From Bugula neritina (lineage: Eukaryota; Animalia; Bryozoa), in contig OZ037773.1 in the NCBI GenBank assembly GCA_964035545.1, positions 1,393,751-1,457,750 of the forward strand: 64,000 nt of DNA. Direction: 5' to 3'. Position 1 is the first letter of the stretch. Every line of letters begins with the position of its first letter. The notes below the pieces were generated by a model. That model was given only the letters and a program-made list of their open reading frames with translations. It was not told the DNA's origin and made no database searches. The translations under genes were made by a program, and so were the position numbers. Shown here piece by piece: positions 1-37,999 of the stretch.

Positions 1-69
1 CACAGGAAGTAAAATAAACTTATGTTTGTTTTAAAATTCTCCATCTTTGTGACAATCTTTTATACCGAG

Positions 70-219
70 GATATTTTTAATAGGCTCGTTTCTATTGTGG
101 CACAGCAGCAATTATAACTGGATACTCTTGTTAGCATCACCAACGGCTTTTACTGGGATTCAAACCCATGCATTTTTGTTTAGTAAGATACTACTCTGAC
201 CACTAGACCAAGGTTGCTC
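70..219 (-). mobile_element. Degenerate tRNA-derived SINE copy
   Basis: Reverse complement reads gagcaaccttggtctagtggtcagag...catgggtttgaatccc...ggtgatgctaacaagagtatccagttataattgctgctgtgc, aligning with the copy at 36137. Confidence 0.7.
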
Positions 220-425
220 AGAATAGACACACTAGCTGTGGAAACACTGCAAATAATTTTCTCGTTGCATAATTATGGAGTTGTGCTCTCAAACTCTTTC
301 GAATCACAACAAATTTACACTTTCCAATTCTTCTCCACTGTAGGAGTTATCACCTTTTGAGAACTAACTCTAAGATTATCAGTTGTGTTAGCAATGTCAA
401 GGTTGTTGGGTTATTCACCTTGTAG

Positions 426-3400
426 TACACGGAGGGTGGACAGAATGGGAAAGTTGGAGCAGCTGTTCTGCTACTTGTGGTACAGGAAGTCATACTAGAA
501 GTAGGTCATGTAGTAGCCCCGCCCCTTCTCATGGAGGAGATCTCTGCAAAGGAGAATCTATAGAAAGTTCACAATGCATATCTACAGTTTCCTGTCCCGG
601 TAATTTATATATTTTGTACTTCATGTAGTTGTTTTTCCCCTAATCGATGTTTTGAACATAATTTACACATTTATAAGTTATAATAAAGGAATTGAACTTA
701 ATACGTTATATAAGAATTTAGCTAAAGGATATAATAACAGTCTACATCAAAGCTAGCTAAAGTTTAGGGGAAAACAATTTATCCTGTCAGCTTTCTGAGA
801 TTTGGCTTTGATTGTCTAACAGCAGTTCAAAGGTTCACCCAGAGTTGTATTCCCATATCTTCTGTCTGTAGTGCATGGCGGGTGGTCAGATTGGCACAGC
901 TGGTCGAGATGCTCAGCCGAGTGTGGCAGCGGCTTTCGCTTTCGGCAGCGAAGTTGCAACAACCCCACCCCTTCTTTTGGAGGTGCAACGTGCAGTGGGA
1001 GAAGAACTCAGAGAGGACGGTGTTCTGCAGATATTCCCTGTGCAGGTAAGAACTTCCTGTTGCAGGTTCTACTCATTCGTGTAGCAAACTGTGTTATGCG
1101 TGTCATTCACTGTTTACGTGTATACCTTTTGCATTTGTTGTGTCTGCTCTTTATATATGGCGTAAATTCTTTATATATAGTGTAAACTCTTTGTATATGA
1201 TGTATATATGCTCTTTATATATAATGTAAATGATTTATATATAGAGTATATAAGAGTATACCTACTCTTTGTGTATAGTCTATATAATCTTAGTATATAA
1301 TATATATACTCTTTGTGTATAGTATATATACTCTTTGTGTATAGTATATATACTCTTTCTATATAGTATATATACTCTTTGTGTATAGTATATATACTCT
1401 TTGTGTATAGTATATATACTCTTTGTATATAATATATATACTCTTTGTGTATAGTACATATACTCTTAGTATATAATATATATACTCTTTGTTTATAGTT
1501 GATGGAGGATGGTCTGCCTGGGCTACTTGGAGCACATGCTCTGTACCTTGCGGGGGTGGCACTAGAGCCCGCAGCAGGTCTTGCACAAATCCATCACCAC
1601 TCTTTGGTGGGAGAGGCTGCAAAGGAGTGGCTGAAGAGATAGTTGACTGTAACTCACATAGATGCATTGGTAAGTAGCTTGTGGCATGTTGTCAATGTAT
1701 TCCACTCAGATGTTAGGCATGTCTCTAAACTGCTTACAAGTTCCAATGGATGAGAAGTATTCTTGATAAAATATTACAGAGAAATTTTGGACGCCTTCAG
1801 CACTTTTAGCCCCTCCTCTCTGATCTGACAGCATTTGTTTTTTTTATTTTAAAGTCACGCCACATTGGCGCCTTCATTCTTCCACTATGTCTATTATAAG
1901 TTGATGTTTACTTACAAAGAGGAATAATATTATCCTGTTTTGTTGTCTTTAGTACACGGTGGTTGGGCTGCATGGGGTTCCTGGACTAGTTGTTCAGCCA
2001 CTTGTGGAGGAGGCAGTCAACGTAGATACAGAACCTGCACCAACCCTTCTCCTTCTTACGACGGGAACAGCTGTATAGGGCCTGCAGCAGAAAGCAGTGC
2101 CTGTAACTACCACATCAACTGTGTTGGTAAGCTACTTCCTGCAATAGTGTATTACTACACCAAAATGTGTATTACTCGTACTAGACCGGAATGTGTATTA
2201 CTACACTTATAACAGCTATGAGTAAGGTAATAATATATAATCACAGCAGAGTGTATGTTATCTCTACAATACTTTATTATGCCATTGCTAAATCATATAA
2301 GCATGTTGTGGAATAATATGCTTCAACTGTCTATACATACACTACTGACTATTCTACTCAAGTCACTCCAGGAGTCACAATGGTGTACACACACAAGACG
2401 TATTATGTCTTCCTAGCACCTCTAACATCTACATGTAGTACGAAATGCAGCGGTGTTGAGTATAGTGCTAGAATTGCTGCCATGAGGTCAGAAGGTCAAC
2501 TTCAGTCACAGCTTTCTCTCTGATTGTACTTGTTTATACTTCAAGTGGACGGTCGCTGGAGCCAGTGGACGGAGTGGTCAGCCTGTTCTCTTTCTTGTGG
2601 CAGAGGGATACGCAGCAGACAGAGGGCGTGCTCTGACCCTCCTCTCGTAAATGGAGGGAAGGTCTGCGGAGGACAGGCTATAGAAAGACAGGCTTGCAAT
2701 GAGTACACATGTCAAGGTGAAATGTATATCAGATTAATGCTTTCACGACATGCTATATAACACATTTCGTTATATAAACCACTAATACTGAGATACATCA
2801 TGTGTTGTCATGCATCGTATATTGTGCCAGGTATTCTGCTATATTACACCACAATATGAATTTGGACTTTTTGGCTTAATATTTAAAGAAATATTGATTT
2901 TTTTGAATAATACACTTACCGAAATCATTTTCCTTGTCTCGTGTTTTTACCTGACTTCTGTATAAAACTCGTCGTACAGCTTTACAGTTTCAAGGGTGGC
3001 TGAGTGCAGATAAACTGTAGAGCCACTGCACGACATTAACTCACTATGATTAGCTACTAACTCACTCTGTAGTCTACACTTAAACAGATACATTTCCTTC
3101 CTTTCTAGTGAATGGCGAGTGGACAGAATGGACAGAGTGGACAAGCTGCTCACTGACTTGTGGGTCAGGAACCCAGACTAAGTCTAGGAGTTGCAGCAGT
3201 CCTCAGCCTATGAATGGAGGCAGAGACTGTATAGGAGCTGCGACTAGGTTAAGACGCTGTAACGAAGACATTGTCTGTCCAGTACATGGCGGGTGGAGTC
3301 AATGGTCCGCCTACTCTCTCTGCTCCACTTTCTGCGGGCAGGGAACTCAGACTAGGAGCAGGAATTGCAACTCACCAACTCCATCAGTGAACGGAGAGTT

Positions 3401-4833
3401 CTGCGCCGGCCCTCAATACAGCAGCAGAACCTGCACTGAGAACTATGGCTGCATTGGTTGGTCTCATATAATAACTCACCATAATATCTTAGAACTTTCC
3501 CTGGAAGTTGGAACAGTTTTAGACTTAAAAGTCTTATGCAATTGATATAATATTGAGATGACTCACACTCTACTAATGCTAATTAGCTAGTTGCTATGGA
3601 AACACGCATTTGTTTACTTGCTGAAAATGTTTCATTGAGTTGTATTCACTGCCTCTGCTCGTTTCAGTTGATGGCGAGTGGGGGGCGTGGTCTTCATGGA
3701 GCCTGTGTTCTGTATCCTGTGGTAATGGTATTCAAGGGCGGCACAGACTGTGTAGCAACCCGTACCCAACCAATGGGAGACAATTCTGTGCTGGTGGCTC
3801 AGGCATGTCAGGTCAAGGACGGAACTGCTATGCAGGGCAGTGCCCAGGTATGTTAGTAGTGAAGTATCTGCAGAGGAAATGATCTTGATACAGATATGAC
3901 CTTCAAGCTACGGTGGTGCTACTTTGAGCTTGTGTTGCAGTGGCCGAGGGAGTGTGGAGTGACTGGAATGGTTGGAGCAGTTGTTCAGCGACTTGTGGGG
4001 TAGGAACTCAGTCTCGGTCTAGGAGTTGTCTCTTGGCATCACAAGCTAACTGTCCCGGACAGCGTGTGATCACCAAACAGTGTGCGGCAGTGCTGTCATG
4101 TTATGGTGAGTTGTACACTACTAATTAGGTCATTATCTTGCCACTCAGTTGTGTGAATGGTCTTTCTTCTGTATATGACTTGCAAGTTACAGAAAATAAT
4201 ATTACCATCTGCATGTTTAGTTATTATATTATATAACATGTTATATAATATATTATACGTGATATACTATGCTACAGTATAGTATGATAATCGATACACT
4301 ATTTTACGTTATTTTATCTCATCATACTGCAATATTATATTGTAAGCTGTCTATCCAATCGATGATACCTTATATATAATAAAACATATCAGTATAAGTT
4401 GTAATATCTAGATTCCTATTAGCAATAATGAAACTGAGAATCGAAGTTGAATAAACTTCCAGTTTATGACGATATGTAACTCCTATTGTTCTCAATTGGT
4501 GAACACCTCCATTGTTGACTATAACCTATTTTGGATTTAAAATTTTGATATCATTTTATAACAAGAGCCTTTTATCTTCTACTGTCCATTACAGGTGATA
4601 CTGGAGCTATAACAGGTGACATCGGAGAATCTGGGGTACAAGGTTAGCATTGGTTTTCTAAACATATAGAGTTTATATATAGTAAAGTATTTCATAAGAT
4701 TTAATTAGTGTTGTGAAGTTTGGATTATACTGCTGAAGTTGCAATATTGGGTGCTTCTGTAGATGCTGGTAATTATGGGAGTCATGGTACCTCATGGAGA
4801 GAAGAAGCTCAAAAATATGGCTACAATAACTGA
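426..4833 (+). CDS. Secreted-type thrombospondin type-1 repeat protein (hemicentin/SCO-spondin/coadhesin-like TSP1 array), 3' part; the 5' end lies upstream of the window
   Basis: AG/GT-bounded phase-1 exons at 426-599, 872-1045, 1499-1669, 1953-2126, 2546-2716, 3109-3456 (2 repeats), 3668-3847, 3941-4105, 4595-4642 and 4763-4833 (TGA). Each TSP1 exon reads (V)xGxWxxWxxWSxCSxxCGxGxxxRxRxC, giving 9 repeats, followed by a short tail ...[39 protein letters not shown]. No transmembrane segment is visible. Confidence 0.9.
1262..1498 (+). repeat. 22-bp minisatellite (tatatatactctttgtgtatag) ending at the acceptor of exon 1499
   Basis: About 10 tandem units; the last unit supplies the AG at 1497-1498. 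Confidence 0.9.
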
Positions 4834-4992
4834 ATGATACCTAGAAGTAATGCAATAATAATAGTATTATAAGCTATAATGTAATATAATATGTATGCAA
4901 TGTTACAATTTATGTTCTAAAATCAAAGCTGGTAAATAATTTAGTAACTACATATTATATCAAACCCAACTCAATAGATAATTTAATGATTC

Positions 4993-4998
4993 AATAAA
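4993..4998 (+). terminator. Candidate polyadenylation signal (AATAAA) of the TSP1-repeat gene
   Basis: AATAAA 160 nt after the TGA at 4831-4833. Confidence 0.5.
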
Positions 4999-5016
4999 TA
5001 TTGTAATATTGTAATA

Positions 5017-6093
5017 TAGTCTAGAAGTAACCTCCCAAAAAGTGCTCAAAAAATTGGCTTATTACACTTTATTAGGTGGCCACTCAAAAAAAGTTGTTTC
5101 TAGATCAAAATTTTGTGCTGATTCTGAATCTACAAACTCTAGAATTCTATCTCTACCCAAACTCAAGATATTGCAAAAAACAAATCGGCATTTGTGAATT
5201 GTGCAAAATAGTATCCAATTTTATCAAGCTATCTTGAAGAAAAAAATATTTGTTGAAATACCAAAAATAATTGCCTCTTACTTAGAATTCTATGCTGATA
5301 CTGAATTTAAAGGCTGCAAGAGGCTATCTCAAATTATAACCACGTTGTTTATATAAACATAATATATAGCCTAGTCTAGAAGTAACCTCCCAAAAAGTGC
5401 TCAAAAAATTGGCTTATTACACTTTACTAAATAGCCACTCAAAAAAAGTTGTTTTTAGATCAGAATTTTGTGCTGATTCTGAATCTACAAACTCTAGAAT
5501 TCTATCTCTACCCAAACTCAAGATATTGCAAAAAACAAATCGGCATTTGTGAATTGTGCAAAATAGTATCCAATTTTATCAAGCTATCTTGAAGAAAAAA
5601 ATATTTGTTGAAATACCAAAAATAATTGCCTCTTACTTAGAATTCTATGCTGATACTGAATTTAAAGGCTGCAAGAGGCTATCTCAAATTATAACCACGT
5701 TGTTTATATAAACATAATATATAGCCTAGTCTAGAAGTAACCTCCCAAAAAGTGCTCAAAAAATTGGCTTATTACACTTTACTAGGTGGCCACTCAAAAA
5801 AAGTTGTTTTTAGATCAGAATTTTGTGCTGATTCTGAATCTACAAATCTTAGAACTCTATCTCTACCCAAACTCAAGTTATTGCAAAAAACAAATCGACA
5901 TTTTAGATGGGTGATAAAAAGAAATGTGGATTGTGCAAAATAGTATCCAATTTTATCAAGCTATCTTGAAGAAAAAATATTTGCTGAAATACCAAAAATA
6001 ATTGCCTCTTACTTAGAATTCTATGCTGATATTGAATTTATAAAGACTGCAAGACGCTATCTCAAATTAAAACCAAGTTGTTTATATAAACAT
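5017..6093. repeat. Three tandem copies (355-bp period) of the Academ terminal region
   Basis: Copies start at 5017, 5372 and 5727, each beginning with the TIR TAGTCTAGAAGTAACCTCC. Confidence 0.95.
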
Positions 6094-8983
6094 ATGTGTT
6101 TGTTATGAATCGACATATATTGCATGAGGCATAAGCATGCAGAATAATCATGTATGACCAAGCTATTTATACAAAAATAAAAACAAAGTCATGCTGATGT
6201 GTGAAAAAACTATATTTATAAAATTATAGTACAAAATAAATGTTGAAATGAATAAATATATTGAAATCTTTTGAGCTCAGCCCAAGTGAACCGTTTGCTA
6301 TATAGTCTGTGGGTAGCCGTTAAATGTCTGCAAAAATCAACAAAATTTTGTAAAATTATTTAGAGGAACAGAAGCATGAGAGATTATCAAAATCAAATTG
6401 GTTGCAGCAAAATATATAACAAATGTCTAAAAATAGTGCTTTATTATGAAAAAGTATTCTCGTCACCATTGTCACTGCCATCAGTCTCATCAGCTTCTTC
6501 CCCAATATAGAGCTTCTTCTCAAACAATCCTTACATTGACAAACATCAGTGTATGCACTGCATTTGAGATTTCTGACATCCACATCTTGATATGTTGCAG
6601 CTGGTCTTACAGGAGCAGTTTAAACTTTGCAATATACATGTTCAGGTACGGAAGCTTGAATCATCCACTTTATATTTATGTTGCCATGATTCTCAACAAT
6701 ATTTTCATAATGTTCTGGGGGTAGTGCATCAATATAGGCTGTTGTCACCCTTCTCCAAATGGCTGCCTGATAATTTGCTCTTTTTACATGCAAATTTAAT
6801 TCATCTTTTGTTGGAGGCAAACTCTATTAAGTTATTTTAGACGGTGAACGAAATACAGTGTATCAGACATTATCTATATATGGATTTCCTGCTCCATAAA
6901 GCTTATAAACAAATTGTTCTACTTCAGCCGCTGAAATGGCTTACAGCTTAAAATACTTCCCATGCAAGGTGTTCAAAGTTTCCCATACATTATGAATATT
7001 TTCTCAAAAAAGAGTAGGCTGTGCGCTATCCTTTTCCATAAAAAGCACTATAGTCGAATAAAAACCTGTTAAAGCATGAAATCTACCAAGTGCTGCACAC
7101 AACTGCGGTTTGGATTTATTTGCTGCAATGTTGACATCCAAATATCTAATATGATTATGGTTTCCTCCCAGCGAAACACTGTTTTTATTTTGTTACCATA
7201 TATATTAATATTACCTATATAACTGATGAATTGATTGCTAATATGCTAATAGCTATATGTAGCTAATACATATACTAATACTAATACTAATACTAATATA
7301 GTAATACAATTAATAATAGACACTATCTTTAATGGATACTTATTAGCAAAATATATTTTCAAACAACAGGCAAGATGTATAAAATAATGTACAAAATTAA
7401 TAAGTTAATGCAAATCAAAAGGATTTATTTATGTGCTAAATAACAAGCAATTGATCCAAGTTTATTTAAATATACATATATTTCAATAATATTAAAATAA
7501 GTTGCACATGAAAATACATTTTACCAAAATAAATAACTAGCGTCTAAGTAGGAAATTTAGTTTAGCCTCTATCTGGCATGACACCATGATTACCACACCA
7601 GTGAAAAAAAATAATTGGTAAGAAGGTAATGTTTTGCAAATAGCGAGACTTAGGATGAAAGATTGAGATTTGATTATTACACGTGGGATTATGATGTTCA
7701 TAAGATATTTTGCATGTAACAAAGTTTGTGTATCTGCTTCCTCATGATCTAATTGTAAGCATTTGAGTTGTGCTTTCTTAGGAATTCCACCATGTTTGGT
7801 AAAATTGTAGCGAACGAAATGTTTTTTGGTATGCATCAACTATAATAACAATATTGTTCTCTAAAATATTTTTACTCCATGTTTCACATAAAAATGCACC
7901 AGTCTCAAACTCAGCTTATTTTATTTGCCGATAAGAAATTATTATTTTTGTAACAAATGGCACACATGAAAAAAGTACATGCCTATGATCTTTGAATGAG
8001 GCAGCCCAAGATCATTTTTCTAATGGGTGGTCTAAATATAACCATATATATTAAACATTATAGGAAGGCTTTAGGGTATTTCTTCTGTAACTATAACTGA
8101 GATAAATTGGCCCTATAGTCATTATATCAAGATAGTATAAAAATATGCATTTTAACCAATAGCATTGTTTTAAAAACCAAATTGCTTATGTATATATATA
8201 TAGTTCAGCCTAAATTTATTAGCAAAGCTCAATTGTACACATTTAAAATATTATCTTCCGGAGTCCAGATCAACCAGCTCATGCTTCTCATTACTTTTTT
8301 GTAAAAGTAGTTATTATATAATAAAAATGGTGAAGAAAATCATTATCAGACACATATTTACTAATTATAATTCGCCTTTTTTATAGCTGATCAATAATAA
8401 TGTTTGCCTTATAACTAATAAACCCATTCCTTTGCTTGTTTTCGTCCAAATAATCCACTTTTTTCAGATTTTTTCACAAGAAAATCACTAGAAATAAACT
8501 CAGAGAAGTGAAAAACACATCTATGATTATTTGCAAAAGTTTTTGCTTGTATATATAATAGACTAGCTTCAATAATTTCAAGATAATATTTAATGGATTT
8601 GGACAAAGTTGTGGGGAAACAACTCCTGTAACATTTAAAAGAGTTTTTGTGACTAACCGGGTGAACAAAAAAATTTAGAGTTTTTATAAAAGAAAGGTAA
8701 AAAAATTATCAATAATTATTAGCAAATTTATTTTGCTTATATAAAATAAATTAGCTTGAATAATTCTAAAATATTTAGCTGATTCACAAAAACGTTAAGA
8801 GAAAACAACTCCTGAATAATTTTAAAAGTTTGAAGCGCTTTTGTGGCTAACTGGGTGCACAGAACAGTCTAGAGTTTTCACAGATTAATTAGGACCCTTC
8901 AAACTTTCTATTTCTAAAAGAATTGGGTGGCCACCCCTCGAAGTGTAATGAGTGAAAGATAATTGGAGGTTACTTCTAGACTA
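5017..8983 (-). mobile_element. Decayed Academ (AcademX-type, XPG-like nuclease plus Cys-rich finger) DNA transposon
   Basis: 19-bp terminal inverted repeats TAGTCTAGAAGTAACCTCC (5017-5035) and GGAGGTTACTTCTAGACTA (8965-8983), with ATA on both flanks (3-bp TSD). Minus-strand pseudo-ORF remnants: DHEEADTQTLLHA (about 7710-7750), CAALGRFHALTG..SAFYGKG (about 7030-7100), PPTKDELNLHVKRANYQAAIW (about 6760-6820), C..YTDVCQCKDC (about 6520-6565). Stops and frameshifts lie between them. Confidence 0.8.
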
Positions 8984-9486
8984 ATACAACTGTGTGGGTG
9001 GGCATTGAGCAATTCATACTTTCTGAAACATATTTATTATTCTGAATCAAGCAAAAACTGAATCAGCTGAGATTATTTAAATAAAAGACTTTTAACACTT
9101 TTGAGGTGTTGGGATGCTAGCTGACATTGGAAATAATACAACTGGATTGAGTTTAGGTTGTTAGCAACCCTTTCAGTTAATACATAACTTGATTTTTCAT
9201 TTGAAAATAATTCATAGAGAGATTAATGCAGGGAGAATAAAGGAAACACGAGGGTATTCAAATCATAAGTTTTATTGCGAATATCAATTGTTGAATTAAA
9301 TAAGTAGTAAACCTACAGACAATTTGATTATTAAACTTTCTCATTTCATAATTCAACTTGGCGACTCAATCACAAGTACAAATAAATGCCAAAAAACTTA
9401 CCTACAAAATTATATAAAATAATTTAAGATTTCTAATAACATAACATGCAGTTGACAATCAAGGTCATGTGAAGGCCACGTGAAGG

Positions 9487-34446
<24,960 letters not shown>

Positions 34447-36136
34447 TTAGAAAGTCTAAGGCTATCTGGGACATCTATCAGCTAAGAGTATAACATAGAC
34501 GCATGTAGTTGAGGCGAGATGGAAAGTAACACAGGCCTTAGTTATATGCTCCTTGTAGTACACATATGTAACAGGTTACACACACACGCACGCACAGAGA
34601 AATAACTATATTCGCAGACTTCACTTTGAGAGAAACAAACAAGTTTTTTTTTACCTGCTGACATATTTGTCAGTCTATTATATTGTACAATATTTAGGCC
34701 TAATAACAATATAATAACAGGACACATTGGAAGTGTGAGAATACATTACATAGTGTGTCTAGAAAGATGAACTGACTAGAGATGCAAGCAGAAACTATAA
34801 ATATGTTGAGGCAATAGTTATCTCACTCAGCTAATGCTACTAGCAACAGTGAGGGTATTGACTGTGAATAATACTCAAACTCTGACTCTAACTAATACTC
34901 ACAGTCACAGTATCATGAGTCACAGTGCCGACTGATCCTTTATGATCAAAAAACAAAAGTTGAGAATAATCAACTGATTTATTTTTAGATTTTAAATAAA
35001 GTTGAAACAAATTTAATTAGTGTAAATTGATGTCTTTTATATTTACATATCTGATGGTGCTGTGGAATTTATATTAATATACCAACACTGGAAATCCTTA
35101 TTCAAGTTACTTGACACTAAACTTTTATGACTTATACCAATTACCGCCAAGTATAAAATCATCAAAGAGATAAATTCAAATCTCAAATTAAAAGTTACTA
35201 GCAGGCTAAACTAATTATACTCAAACTCTGTTAGATTCAAGTACCTTCAAAGTAAAAGAATAATAAAATATAATAAAGCTACACCTAATTTACTATAAAC
35301 TAAACTCATAGTTGTTACACACTCGCAGTCTATGTCTAGGTCGAAGGTCAATCGGTATGAGTATTATACTTTAGATACTCGGTATCTCCATCAATGATGC
35401 AGTAATAAGTATTATTGTTATTAAAAATTTTATAATTATTTCTATTACTAATAGTAATAGTAAATAGTAATACTGTAATAGCAATGCCAATAGTTTTAGT
35501 TATACTTATATTAATATAAACAATCAATATGATTATCACTACCACTACTAGCGGGTATTACCAGTAATAATTATAAAATATAAATACCAATATGATTATA
35601 TCTACTAATAGTAATACTAATACTAATACTAATAGTAACACTGTAAGTGTAATAGAATAATACACTGTAATACTATTAGGTCAGGTAGGTACGTAGTAAA
35701 CACAGATAGTAATACTAATACTAATAGTTTTAGTTTAGAGTTTAGACTAACTTAGTCACTAACTCTAACTCTAACTTCAACTTGAATTTGGGAATAACAG
35801 TAAGTCAAAGTGTAACGCACTAACAGGAATTCTAAGAAAAAGAGTAAAAGAAAGAATGAGACATACTCATGCTGATACTAATAGTAATGCAGTGTAATTG
35901 ATATTAGTGGTAATACTGTAGTAATACTTGAAGTTAATCTCGTAGTTATAATTATACTTATAGTTAATATTTACTATTTAGTGTTAGACTTATAGCTATT
36001 AGTTATTACTATTAGTATTAGTTATTATAATTACAGTGTACTTACAGTTATTACTAATGCAGTGCTATTACTATTACTATTAGTATTACTATTATACTTG
36101 GCATTACCATTACTATTACTATTAGTATTAGTCATA

Positions 36137-36370
36137 GGGAGCAGCCGTGGTCTAGGGGTTAGAGCGTTTGCCTAGTAAACACGAAGGTCATGGGTTCGAG
36201 CCCTGACAAAGGCCATTGCCCATTGGCCATTGGTGATGTTAGGAAGAGCATCCAGTCATAATTGCTCCTGTGCCTCATTTAAATAAGTCCTTAGCCCGCT
36301 TTAATAAAAACCCTTTCTATCAGGGGTTTCTCACAGGGATAGTGACTCTAAACTTGCGTGAGTTTTTTAT
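36137..36370 (+). mobile_element. Full-length tRNA-derived SINE (about 230 bp)
   Basis: 5' GGGAGCAGCCG, A box TGGTCTAGGGG, B box GGTTCGAGCCC, core ggtgatgttaggaagagcatccagtcataattgctcctgtgc. Probable TSD tattagtcat. Five other copies occur in the window. Confidence 0.9.
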
Positions 36371-37999
36371 TAGTATTACTATTAGTCATCTCATTTATTT
36401 TTAATGATTTATAATCAAAGTCAAACTGTTCAGTAACACTGCAATCACCAAAAGTAAGTCTAATATTACATTATTAGATTTGTTTAATTTTACTTTTATT
36501 GCTAGACTTACAGTTACACTTACAGTTACTCTAAGTCTAACTCTTACAGTTACTGTTAGTGTTACTCTTACTCTTAGTCTTACTCTTACAGTTAGAGTTA
36601 CTAATCTCAAATCTGTAATCAACTCAAAATTGATTGAAGCACGAATAAAAATACAATACCTGTTTCTGTTAACTTAATCAACTGTTTGGATATCTGCAGG
36701 TTGTAAGAATAAAAGTATCATTAAATTTAAATTAATTCAACTAAATCCTATACTAATAGTAATAGTAATACTGATACTAAAGCTTATCATTCAATGGACT
36801 TCCCAATAACAAATGGATATTGGCAACCGGAAATATGCATTCCCTTGATTAACTGTGTTCGTTGTTCACCGACAACTGTTCAATGACAGAAGATAACTCT
36901 TAAATAAAGCATATACCAAAAGCTCACCAGTGTTAGACCCGGCATTGCTGCACATTTATGCCACAAAACGTTTGCTGTTGTCCCTCATCTTCTATTGTCT
37001 ATCTATTATTTTTACTTGTATCTATGCCAGAGATAAAAAGGCTATCAGAAAGAATGTTAAATATTACTCTAAACTTGGTATTGAGTATCATGGCATAGAT
37101 TTGCTTATTTAGAAACCAACTAAAGCACTCGCCATCAAATATTTAGTGGAAGATGACCATCTTATCAATGAGTTTCTGAGTCAATGCCCCTCTAGAAAAT
37201 ATCGAACCATTAAATATAGAGGAGCATGAGGCAGAGATAGTTTTTTACGACGCCTTGTAAATACTTTAAATAATCTTTTATTTTAAATAAGCCAACAGTG
37301 TTCGGATTTTTGTATACTTATTAGTCATGCGACCGGTATTTACACTAAATTTCGCACCGTGTTTTAATGTATATGCTATGTAATAAATCAATCAATCAAT
37401 CAATTGTTATAGGCTCGTCTATCAAGTAAACACAGGAAAAGTTGCCTTTATAGGTAAGGCAACTTCCATCGTGTAATAAAAGCTCTCTGACGTGCATAAA
37501 ATATATCCATAGTTCACATCTGCCTACTAACCACTAGCCTCATGTCTATTAGCAACATGCATAACAGGATGAAGGCAGATGAGAGGTTACCCTTCCATAT
37601 CTATAGGTTTATATAAACTCAGGCTAATAAATCCTGCGCGCAGTCTTATAGCTATATGCTGTAAGTTTTAGCATCTCACATAAACTTTGTATTGTACAGA
37701 CTTGCAATGCAGGTGCTTTAGAAATAATTCCCAATATAAGCATTTTTATATTTTCCCTTAGATATGCTTTGCAGTCTATATTAATGAGGATATGATATAG
37801 AGCTATGATTATGCATGTATGTTGTATAGTATACTATAGTTCTTAATGTAGCCTACCATATAAGTACATAGAATCAGTAATAACTCTGTGCATAGCATGA
37901 GTTTCTATACTCTCTTATTACCTCGCAGCTACAGCAACTACTGGCCAATCAATCGTCACGTAACACATGCACTGACAGTAGTGCACTGACAGCTTCAAC

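Noticed and set aside
426-4833. Assigning a symbol such as HMCN1, SSPO or SEMA5
   Set aside because: Only generic TSP1 repeats are visible and no diagnostic domains lie in the window.
36137-36210. tRNA gene
   Set aside because: It has A and B boxes but no complete acceptor stem and continues into a body shared by six dispersed copies, so it is a SINE head.
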